This document shows positions 56,007-64,000 of a stretch of 64,000 bases of DNA, piece by piece. The first letter of the stretch is position 1; the number at the start of each line of letters is the position of its first letter. A program made the translations under genes and the position numbers. Origin of the DNA: Candidatus Hodarchaeota archaeon (GTDB lineage: Archaea; Asgardarchaeota; Heimdallarchaeia; Hodarchaeales; Hodarchaeaceae); NCBI GenBank assembly GCA_016839815.1, contig JAEOTM010000145.1, forward strand, positions 1-64,000. Direction: 5' to 3'. A model generated the notes under the pieces. That model saw only the letters and a list, made by a program, of their open reading frames with translations. It searched no databases and was not told where the DNA came from.

Positions 56007-57410
56007 TTAATCATTCCAATTTACTAATCTTCTTTCTCCTTTTAAAGCACGTATTGATGTTACATCTTGCATAACTTCAAGCGTCCCTTGATATTCTCCT
56101 TTATCATTCCGAACAGCAAAGTACCGAATATGTAGAAATTTGCCCTCCATTGTAATCCAGAATTCTGCGAGGTCTTTACGTCCTGACCGAAAAGCTTCTA
56201 TTATCTGTTCTACTTTGTCTACACTTCTTGGTGGATGGCATTTTTGTACTTTTCTTCCTATTACTCCAGGACTACGTGGGAATATTCGTTCTTTCGTTCC
56301 CGAATAGTAAAGAACCTCGTCTTGAGGATTTATGAAAGAGATTTCAATCGGAAGGTGGGTTAACATCAAATCAATTTGGTTTAAAGTTAATTTACCAGTA
56401 TTTAGGTTTAGATTATCTGTTTCTTGTTCATCTGAAGATGTTTGATGTATAATTTCGGGAGATAGAGGTTTCCATTCATCACCTGGTGTTACCCAAGCGA
56501 ATCCAATTTCCTCTTCACCATGTTTAACTGTTTGCCAGTCTAAAGTGGTCAATAATTCAAGACTTGTCGGAAATAAAATTGTCTCTTCCTTGAAAATCAT
56601 ATCCTCAATTTGGTTGCTTAACTCCTCTATATCCACCTTTTCCCCTTGTCTAAGTAATTGCCTTGTTTCATCATGCTTTGCCCACATCACTTGTGAGGGG
56701 CCAGCAAAATCCTTTTTTTCTAACATAGGGAAAAGTTGATTTTCCAGACGGGTATAATGAATCTCAATTTTGGCTAGTTCGTTAATTAATGCTGGAGAAG
56801 GATTTTCTTTAAGATGAGAAATTAGATCTCTAGCGAATGAATTTTCCGCCATATATGTATGAATAGGATGTCCTGGTACAGTTTGGGGTTTCTGATGTTC
56901 TGCTAACGAATCCTCAAAGATACCCACGTGTAAATCACATAAAAGAGTTATTTGATCAACAGTTAGTTCACCCGAATCAATTAGTTCTTGTTCCATGGAT
57001 GCAATGTCTGTTGCATCGACATCACCTAGTATTTCCTTAAATCGTGATTTTAATGCTGGTAATTCTCCTCCAGCATGTAATTCCAGAACTAATGCCTTTA
57101 ACATCTCCCGTTTTCGGGTGTGTTCATCTTCCCATCCACTTTTCCCCTCTGTTCCTACTTTTTGCTCAATTTGAATATTAGTAGAAGCTTCGATCTTAGT
57201 TGAAAAAAATGAGATTACTTCTTCTAGATCTTTATTGATCATATCTGAAACATCTGTTAAAGTAGCTCGTCTTCCAACAGTTTTACGTAATATTGGATTC
57301 TTAAAACGACGTAATATTGGATCTAATTCTACCAAAACGTCAGTTAGAAATGGATACTCATCGATTATATCAATGATTTTCGTTGCTTCAGAGAGGATTA
57401 ATTTTGACAT
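56007..57410 (-). CDS. DUF1858 / DUF438 / hemerythrin / PAS domain protein
   Basis: FKNPILRKTV, EQELI, LCDLH, GHPIHTYMAEN, HYTRLENQLFP, MWAKHDE, MIFKEE, CHPP. Confidence 0.9.
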   Translation of the reverse strand: MSKLILSEATKIIDIIDEYPFLTDVLVELDPILRRFKNPILRKTVGRRATLTDVSDMINKDLEEVISFFSTKIEASTNIQIEQKVGTEGKSGWEDEHTRKREMLKALVLELHAGGELPALKSRFKEILGDVDATDIASMEQELIDSGELTVDQITLLCDLHVGIFEDSLAEHQKPQTVPGHPIHTYMAENSFARDLISHLKENPSPALINELAKIEIHYTRLENQLFPMLEKKDFAGPSQVMWAKHDETRQLLRQGEKVDIEELSNQIEDMIFKEETILFPTSLELLTTLDWQTVKHGEEEIGFAWVTPGDEWKPLSPEIIHQTSSDEQETDNLNLNTGKLTLNQIDLMLTHLPIEISFINPQDEVLYYSGTKERIFPRSPGVIGRKVQKCHPPRSVDKVEQIIEAFRSGRKDLAEFWITMEGKFLHIRYFAVRNDKGEYQGTLEVMQDVTSIRALKGERRLVNWND

Positions 57411-57588
57411 ATTCTTTCACCTAGCGAAAGTAGCAATTTCACTATTGACAATTTATTTTATGATTTTAATACATAATCCCCGAAAATCGTAGAGTAGTCA
57501 ATTTATCTTTTATTTCACATCATCTACATAGGACACGTTTATTTTTGTTAAATAAACTTGAACTTCATTAGTACTTGAGAAACCAAAA

Positions 57589-57655
57589 ATATGATTAAAG
57601 ATTCATATAATCGTACGAAAACAAATGCAAAAACATATGAACGATTGTTCATATG
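57589..57655. promoter_or_regulatory. Two ArsR/SmtB-type operators upstream of cadC-cadA
   Basis: ATATGA-N8-TCATAT at 57589-57608, and perfect CATATGAAC-gatt-GTTCATATG at 57634-57655 with the same core spacing. Confidence 0.85.
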
Positions 57656-57711
57656 AATCCAATGAGCATAATTTCAAATGTACAGATATATATATCGAGG
57701 TACGGCTTCAA

Positions 57712-58068
57712 ATGTCAAACGATTGCGAAGAATTTGTAATTCATCCTGATAATGTTGCACATGCGCGAAAAACACTTGAAGATAGTAATCCCTCTCAATT
57801 AGCAGGATTTTTTAAACTATTAGCAGGCGAAACACGTATTAAAATCCTTCTTGCATTATCTGAAGTTGAGCTATGTGTGTGTGACATTAGTACAACCTTA
57901 AATGCTAAACAATCTAACATTTCTCATCAGTTAAGGTATTTAAGACAACACAGATTAGTTAAAACTAGACGTGATGGAAAACAAATCTTTTACACACTTG
58001 AAAAAGAACATCTTCATCCTATTCTGGCACAAACACTAGCTCACATGAAGGAAGAAGAAGTTAGTTAG
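57712..58068 (+). CDS. ArsR/SmtB (CadC-like) metal-responsive repressor
   Basis: FFKLLAGETRIKIL, ELCVCDI, SNISHQLRYLR, RRDGKQIFY. Start at MSNDC after GAGGT; the longer ORF would run through the operator. Confidence 0.9.
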   Translation: MSNDCEEFVIHPDNVAHARKTLEDSNPSQLAGFFKLLAGETRIKILLALSEVELCVCDISTTLNAKQSNISHQLRYLRQHRLVKTRRDGKQIFYTLEKEHLHPILAQTLAHMKEEEVS

Positions 58069-58080
58069 GAAAGTGATATC

Positions 58081-60177
58081 ATGGCGCAAGAAAAACACGC
58101 CTTTATACTTCAAGGTTTATCCTGTGCTGATTGTGCCCTTAAAATCGAATCGACACTGAAACAACATGGCTATTCAGCAGCCAAATTAAATTTTGCAACA
58201 CGACGTTTGCATATTAGATCGAATGATCTTTCTAATATTAATTCGATAATATCAAGAATAGAACCAGGAACAATAGCCGTACTAGAGAAAGATGTTACAG
58301 AAGTCACAGGGCCAAAAAACCAAGAAACTCAATTGCTCATCCGGATTGGTATATCTGTTACCTTACTAATCATTGGTGTACTTTTAACCTCATCTTCTCT
58401 CCCTCCTTTAGTCATTACGGGTGGATATATTGCCTTATTTGGTGCTTACATCGTATCAGGATTCCCTGTATTAAGAAAAGCACTATTTAGATTGCGCACA
58501 TTGGATATTGCGAACGAATATTTCTTGATGTCTATTGCCACATTAGGTGCAATCATCATTGATGAAATTCCAGAGGCAGCAGCCGTCATGGTTTTCTATT
58601 CTATTGGTGAGTTTCTACAATCTAGAGCTGTTAACAAATCTCGAAAATCTATAAGCGAATTATTAGATATCAGACCAGATGTTGCGCATTTAGTTATTAA
58701 GGAAGAAATTTCAACAATACCTGTTGAGGACATTAAGCCTGGTGATCTAATTCTTGTGAAACCAGGAGAACGTGTTCCTATAGATGGAATACTGGTTTCA
58801 CCCACTGCTAATCTAGATTTATCAGCTTTAACTGGAGAATCACGTCCAGTTTCTATTGTAGAAGGAGAGACGGTTTTTTCAGGTGCAGTTTCTAGTGCAA
58901 GTATCAAAGTAAAGGCAACAGTGGTTTCTTCTGAATCTACGGTCAGCCGTATACTCAATGTTGTAGAGAACGCTACTCAAAATAAATCGGAAAAAGAAGT
59001 ATTTATTACACGGTTTGCTCGGTACTACACTCCTTTTGTACTTATCCTGGCAATTATGATTGCAACGATTCCTACCATACTTTTAGTTGAGCCAATGGAG
59101 ATATGGACCTATCGTGCTCTTGTTGTACTTGTTATTTCCTGTCCCTGTGCACTGGTAGTCTCTATACCACTTGTTTATTTTGCAGGCATCGGAAAAAGTT
59201 CAAGAAATGGGGTGTTACTAAAAGGAGCAAATGTAATCGATTCATTGAACGATGTTTCAACAGTTCTATTTGATAAAACAGGGACTTTGACTGTTGGCAA
59301 ATTTAAAGTTGTTATGGTTGTACCTAGCGAAAACTATACCCCACAAGAAGTTATTTTCAATGCTGCTTTAGCAGAAGCTCATTCTAATCACCCTATTGCG
59401 AAATCGATTCTTGAAGCTTACGGTAAACCTGTAGATATTTCTCAAGTTGAGGAGTATGAAGAATTCCCAGCACTCGGTATCAAAATGAAAACAAAAGCAG
59501 GAGATTCAATCGTTGTGGGAAACGATAAGATGGTACATGAAATCGATTGTCCTCATTCTGCGTGTATCACTGATGAAACAGCTGTATATGTCGTGCTGAA
59601 TGACGTCTATATAGGCTATATTATCATCGATGATAAGATTAAACCGAGCTCTGTAGATGCAATAAAGAACTTAAAAGATAAAAAAATTACCTACATAGGC
59701 TTACTTACAGGAGATACCAAGAATATTGCGGAGCGGGTTGGAGGAGAATTAGGTATTGAGCAAGAAAACATTTATGCTAGCTTGATGCCTCTCAATAAGC
59801 TAGAAATTCTTGAAGAACACCTCCACAAGACTCTCGATGGAGGAACTGTTATATTTATTGGTGATGGAATGAATGATGCTCCAGTCATTGCGCGGGCAGA
59901 TGTAGGTGTTGCTATGGGAGCTATTGGTTCAGATGCCTCTATTGAAGCAGCTGATTTAGTCATTATGGATGATAATCCTGATCGATTGAATGATGCTATA
60001 GATATTGCAGAAAACACAAATAAGATAGCTAAACAAAATATAGCACTAGCACTAGGAATCAAAGCGATTTTCATTGCTTTGGGGACATTTGGTCTCGCAT
60101 CAATGTGGGTGGCAGTATTTGGCGACGTTGGAGTCACACTATTGACTATCTTAAATTCCCTTAGGTTATTAAGGTAA
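58081..60177 (+). CDS. cadA: Heavy-metal (Cd/Zn/Pb) P1B-type ATPase
   Basis: GLSCADC metal-binding domain, TGES, SCPCAL, DKTGT, HPIA, GDGMND. Confidence 0.95.
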   Translation: MAQEKHAFILQGLSCADCALKIESTLKQHGYSAAKLNFATRRLHIRSNDLSNINSIISRIEPGTIAVLEKDVTEVTGPKNQETQLLIRIGISVTLLIIGVLLTSSSLPPLVITGGYIALFGAYIVSGFPVLRKALFRLRTLDIANEYFLMSIATLGAIIIDEIPEAAAVMVFYSIGEFLQSRAVNKSRKSISELLDIRPDVAHLVIKEEISTIPVEDIKPGDLILVKPGERVPIDGILVSPTANLDLSALTGESRPVSIVEGETVFSGAVSSASIKVKATVVSSESTVSRILNVVENATQNKSEKEVFITRFARYYTPFVLILAIMIATIPTILLVEPMEIWTYRALVVLVISCPCALVVSIPLVYFAGIGKSSRNGVLLKGANVIDSLNDVSTVLFDKTGTLTVGKFKVVMVVPSENYTPQEVIFNAALAEAHSNHPIAKSILEAYGKPVDISQVEEYEEFPALGIKMKTKAGDSIVVGNDKMVHEIDCPHSACITDETAVYVVLNDVYIGYIIIDDKIKPSSVDAIKNLKDKKITYIGLLTGDTKNIAERVGGELGIEQENIYASLMPLNKLEILEEHLHKTLDGGTVIFIGDGMNDAPVIARADVGVAMGAIGSDASIEAADLVIMDDNPDRLNDAIDIAENTNKIAKQNIALALGIKAIFIALGTFGLASMWVAVFGDVGVTLLTILNSLRLLR

Positions 60178-60213
60178 CTAGAAATAGGTACCAATAGGGA
60201 GAAGATGATTTTT

Positions 60214-60438
60214 TTACTGATTTTTATCGATTTTCTTCTTCTCACGTTTGTTAATTTCGAGATATTCAATCAATATGATACCAGCAAAATGTAAGGTAAT
60301 AACAAGTATCCAAACAAAAAAAATCCAGTAATCTGAAGATGTGTTATAAAGCAAGCCTAACAACAGTCCGTAGCTACTCGCAACTACAATAGCATATGCT
60401 AATTCTTGAAAGGCAAATTTACGCATAATCTTCACCAA
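60214..60438 (-). CDS. Small 2-TM membrane protein
   Basis: 74-aa ORF with two hydrophobic helices and a basic tail. Confidence 0.5.
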   Translation of the reverse strand: MVKIMRKFAFQELAYAIVVASSYGLLLGLLYNTSSDYWIFFVWILVITLHFAGIILIEYLEINKREKKKIDKNQ

Positions 60439-60532
60439 AATTTGGTACTTTATTTCTTCAAATCAAGCTAAAAATTCTACATATATTAATACTTGGGATT
60501 GGCTAGTCAAATTTTTATTCTGAATATTCATC

Positions 60533-61165
60533 TCAAGGTAACAACGTTGGTAATTCTGCCCAGTTTCGTAATATCGCAAATGGTCTGATTCCATAAGCGT
60601 CTAAATCTAGGTGCCGGGAATCAAATAGAATAAATCTAATCCCAGCGTTCTGTGCTGCACCTGCATCAATGAATGAGTCTCCAATGTAGATTGTGTTCTT
60701 TTTTGGGACGTTGAATTTCTCTAACAACAATAAAATCCCTTCGGGATTTGGTTTGGGATGCTTAACTCCCTCTCTAGTTAGAAAATCAAAATATGTTAAG
60801 AATTTGAATTCAAGTTTCTGAAAATATAGTTTAATTGTAGTTAATGTATTATTGGTATAAATTGCACTGAATAACTTTTCCTGCTCTAAGAAACTGGGTA
60901 ATGTATCTGCACCATCTATAACTGTAGCTCTCTCAACTGAATCTATCTCATGCTTCTCAATTAGTTGTTTGGCTTGAATATAGAGGGATTTATCAATCTC
61001 TTTTAGTTGAGAGGCAAGAGTTAGGATTGGGGTTTTATGTAGATTTGAAACCTGGGTATTTGCAGGAAAATAATCATAAATTTTTGCTCGAATTGTAGCA
61101 TAATCAATTCCTGAATGGACTAAAGTATCATCTAAATCAAAAATTACGAATTTTATGATATCCAA
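60533..61165 (-). CDS. HAD family hydrolase (phosphoglycolate phosphatase-like)
   Basis: FDLDDTL, TNN, KPNPEG, IGDSFIDAGAAQNAG. Confidence 0.9.
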   Translation of the reverse strand: MDIIKFVIFDLDDTLVHSGIDYATIRAKIYDYFPANTQVSNLHKTPILTLASQLKEIDKSLYIQAKQLIEKHEIDSVERATVIDGADTLPSFLEQEKLFSAIYTNNTLTTIKLYFQKLEFKFLTYFDFLTREGVKHPKPNPEGILLLLEKFNVPKKNTIYIGDSFIDAGAAQNAGIRFILFDSRHLDLDAYGIRPFAILRNWAELPTLLP

Positions 61166-61285
61166 GCGATTTCTACCATATTCTGCTTTTTTGGGGAACG
61201 ATAAGACTCAATGAATAGATATAGATTGATATAAATAACAACATCGTTACCTCAAGAGTATAACAAAATTTGATGCCTTTGATAA

Positions 61286-63586
61286 GTGAATATCATGAAA
61301 TGGGAATCGATATTATCCCGAGAAGATGTCCCCGAGGATGTTAAACAGGCTATTCGCAAGGAATTATCTTCCTCTAGTCAAGAAAATAGTTTTATATCAT
61401 ATGATCAGGCTATAACCGACATTGATTCGCTGTTAAATGTTTCTCCTGAATCTTCCTTACTTTTGAAAAAAAATGGCGAAATCATTACACTGAATGAAGT
61501 TGCTGCTATACGTCTTGGGAAAACTGTGAATGAAATGATCGGTACAAATATTTTCGATCATTTTCCTAGAGGTGTACGTGAAAATCGTGAGAAATTTATT
61601 ACCGAAGCAATCATCAAGAAAGTTCCCATTCGATTTAGTGACAGCCGAGAAGGAATTATTTATGAGAATTGGATTCACCCAATTCTAAATAATCAAAATG
61701 AAGTTGTTAGAGTTGCTGTGTTCGCAAGTGATATCACAAATATTATTGAAGCTAATCAGGCTCTCATTGAATCTGAAGAAAAATACCGTACTTTAGTAGA
61801 ACGAGCTACTGATGGAATTGCAATAATTCAGGATGGTATTGTAAAATTTATCAACACTTCACTTGCCGAAATGTCAGGCCAACCAGTTGATGCGGTCATT
61901 GGGACAAAATTTGAGAAGAATATTCATCCAGATGCAATGGCAGAAGTAGTGCAACGGTATCAAGATCGGATGAATGGTAAACAAGTTCCCTCCATTTATG
62001 AAACTACACTTATTCGCTCAAATGGAGAGAGGGTTGAAGTGGAATTAAATGCTGGTCTGATCACTTACCAAAGTCGTCCGGCAGATTTGATTTTTGTTCG
62101 TGATATCTCCGAAAGGAAGCGAATTGGAAAAGAATTAGCGGAAAGCGAAGAGAGATTCCGTACTTTAATTACTACAATGGGTGAGGGGGTGTGGGTGACA
62201 GATAGTAGAGATAGAACTATTTTTGTTAATAAAGCATTGGAGGAAATGTTGGGATACTCTGAGGAGGAGCTAATGGGGCGTCTTGTCACCGATTTTCTGT
62301 CACCTGATTCATGGAAAAACTTTGAGGATGTAGTAAAATCACGGTTGGAAAGAAAATCCCTATCTTCGACATATGATATGACTTGGATCAAAAAAGATGG
62401 TTCCTCGTTAATTACTCGCATTTCAGGGACTGTTCTACTAGATGATAATGAAAAGATTATTGGTTCCTTTGGAGTGTTTACAGACATCACCATACAAAAA
62501 TCTATTGAACAATCCTTACAAGAATCAGAAGAACAATATAGAAACCTAGTAGAACGAGCTAGTGATGGTATTGCAATTATTCAGGATAGTAAAATTGTTT
62601 ATGTTAATCCTAGTCTCGCCCAAATTAGTGGTTATGCAATTCCTGATCTCTTTGGAAAATATTTCATTACATTTCTCCATTCTGAAGTAATACCAGAAGT
62701 GGAAGACTATTACCAGCGACGGATGAAGGGAGAGGATGTCCCGACTATCTATGATTCGCTTATACGTAAAAAGGATGGAACTAAACTCGAGGTAGAGTTC
62801 AATGTAGGGCTAACGACCTATCAAGGCGCTCCTGCAGAATTGGTATTCGTACGTGATGTTTCAGATCGTAAAAGAACAGAACGTTTGCTAACACAGGTTA
62901 AACTAGAAGAAGAACGTTATCACGCCATGCTCTCTCACTTTGTAAATAACGATTTACAAAAAATTGTGAATAATCTTGATTATATTAGACTTGAAATGAA
63001 GCATAATGGGATTACTGATCCTGAGAATATTCAGGAAATTATGAACATTGCAGATCAATCTTCTAGAACCATTGAGACTGTAAATAAGATTTTTGATGTT
63101 CTTCAGTCACCAGAAAAAGAATTTAAAACTGTTTTTAGTATTCTAGATGTAATAAATGAAATTTTCTATGAGTATCCTGAAATAAAGTCATTTATTACAG
63201 TGGAAGAGTCAAGTTTGAATAAATTACTTCTTTGTGATCAATACTTGAAGACATCGTTAGTTGAGATCCTGCAATTCATTCAGTCTGCTTGTGAGAGAGA
63301 AAATCTCCAAAAGGCCCCTGTTAATATGGAGGGAGGATTACTTGCGGCTTATTATCGTATAGTAATCAGAGATTCTTGTTCCCCTCCGATTTCAGAAGAA
63401 GTAAGCTACCGGCTTTCAAGTAAGATTACTGATAACTGGGAATATCAGGGTCATTACATAGGATTGTCTTTATGTTCTGTTATCATGCAACACTATGGAG
63501 GAACTCTGAAAATTCTCCCTCTCGCTAATAGAGGGAATGAATTCCAATTACTTTTCCCTTCGATACTAGTTTCATCAAAAGAGTAA
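61286..63586 (+). CDS. Four-PAS sensor protein with degenerate histidine-kinase C-terminus
   Basis: Four PAS/PAC units (ESEEKYRTLVE...RDISERK); H-box-like LSHFVNN; HATPase boxes are degenerate. Confidence 0.85.
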   Translation: MNIMKWESILSREDVPEDVKQAIRKELSSSSQENSFISYDQAITDIDSLLNVSPESSLLLKKNGEIITLNEVAAIRLGKTVNEMIGTNIFDHFPRGVRENREKFITEAIIKKVPIRFSDSREGIIYENWIHPILNNQNEVVRVAVFASDITNIIEANQALIESEEKYRTLVERATDGIAIIQDGIVKFINTSLAEMSGQPVDAVIGTKFEKNIHPDAMAEVVQRYQDRMNGKQVPSIYETTLIRSNGERVEVELNAGLITYQSRPADLIFVRDISERKRIGKELAESEERFRTLITTMGEGVWVTDSRDRTIFVNKALEEMLGYSEEELMGRLVTDFLSPDSWKNFEDVVKSRLERKSLSSTYDMTWIKKDGSSLITRISGTVLLDDNEKIIGSFGVFTDITIQKSIEQSLQESEEQYRNLVERASDGIAIIQDSKIVYVNPSLAQISGYAIPDLFGKYFITFLHSEVIPEVEDYYQRRMKGEDVPTIYDSLIRKKDGTKLEVEFNVGLTTYQGAPAELVFVRDVSDRKRTERLLTQVKLEEERYHAMLSHFVNNDLQKIVNNLDYIRLEMKHNGITDPENIQEIMNIADQSSRTIETVNKIFDVLQSPEKEFKTVFSILDVINEIFYEYPEIKSFITVEESSLNKLLLCDQYLKTSLVEILQFIQSACERENLQKAPVNMEGGLLAAYYRIVIRDSCSPPISEEVSYRLSSKITDNWEYQGHYIGLSLCSVIMQHYGGTLKILPLANRGNEFQLLFPSILVSSKE

Positions 63587-63746
63587 ATGATAGTTCATAA
63601 TATCATTTCATTATCTCTCGGAACCACCTTTTCCAACACATCTGGAGTTGAGGGAGGAGATTGGGGAACTAAATAGTGAAAAAAGTACAAAAATTGCTAC
63701 TAGAAAGATTGCAGGAATGTTAGATTAGTAATAGTAAAAAGAGTAA

Positions 63747-63769
63747 AAAATACGGAAAGTCCGTATTTT
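63747..63769 (-). terminator. Hairpin with T-tract downstream of gdhA
   Basis: AAAATACGGA-aag-TCCGTATTTT perfect 10-bp stem, 20 bp after the gdhA stop, in the convergent intergenic region. Confidence 0.65.
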
Positions 63770-63789
63770 ATTTACTGTATTAACTCTGT

Positions 63790-64000
63790 TTAGAGCACAC
63801 CTTGAGCCATCATAGCACGGGCGACTTTTAAGAATCCAGCGACGTTTGCACCAACAACAAGGTTTCCTGATGAGCCATATTTCTCTGCTGCATCACGAGA
63901 AGCTTGGAATATATTTACCATAATCGCATGAAGACGTTGGTCTACTTCTTCTCTAGTCCATGCCAAACGAAGACTGTTTTGGGACATTTCAAGTCCAGAG
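63790..64000 (-). CDS. gdhA: Glutamate dehydrogenase, C-terminal part (runs off the window end)
   Basis: SGLEMSQNSLRLAWTREEVDQRL...GANVAGFLKVARAMMAQG. Confidence 0.92.
   Translation of the reverse strand, partial: SGLEMSQNSLRLAWTREEVDQRLHAIMVNIFQASRDAAEKYGSSGNLVVGANVAGFLKVARAMMAQGVL

Noticed and set aside
1251-62493. Many short antisense or overlapping ORFs in the ORF track (e.g. 1742..2257, 7148..7471, 24382..24732, 58596..58958, 59772..60269, 62065..62493)
   Set aside because: They lie opposite or inside well-supported genes and show no motifs; treated as shadow ORFs.
1-64000. rRNA, tRNA, CRISPR arrays, transposases, integrases
   Set aside because: No cloverleaf-like GC-rich segments, regularly spaced repeats or DDE/tyrosine-recombinase motifs were seen by eye. 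A covariance-model scan would be needed to exclude small RNAs.

Overview
This AT-rich, gene-dense window looks like an Asgard archaeon chromosome, probably Heimdallarchaeia/Hodarchaeales-like. That is inferred from a Rag-type small GTPase, a geranylgeranyl-reductase-family gene, TATA-type promoters, many TTG/GTG starts and six surface proteins with Ser/Thr linker, TM and basic tails. It holds about 62 CDSs and I saw no rRNA, tRNA, CRISPR array or transposase. In order: a partial 2-hydroxyacyl-CoA dehydratase/benzoyl-CoA reductase subunit with PaaY-like and crotonase genes; VapBC; a beta-propeller surface protein downstream of a single-pass receptor-like MarR regulator; PAS kinases; a MacB/FtsX ABC system; a condensation-domain acyltransferase; an LDH-fold enzyme; a TetR-CPBP module; DUF3160; an ICMT-like gene divergent from the Rag-like GTPase; a transglutaminase-fold lipoprotein; a stress/detox block ending in cadC/cadA; and partial gdhA. 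The best novelty candidates are: (1) an Ig-like domain/TM/wHTH regulator next to a palindrome upstream of the SBBP surface gene; (2) a twice-occurring pairing of an unknown membrane protein with a GW-motif surface protein; (3) a transglutaminase-fold protein with Ser in place of the catalytic Cys; (4) an LDH scaffold carrying the MDH-type Arg102. All family calls come from motif recognition by eye; no database search was run.
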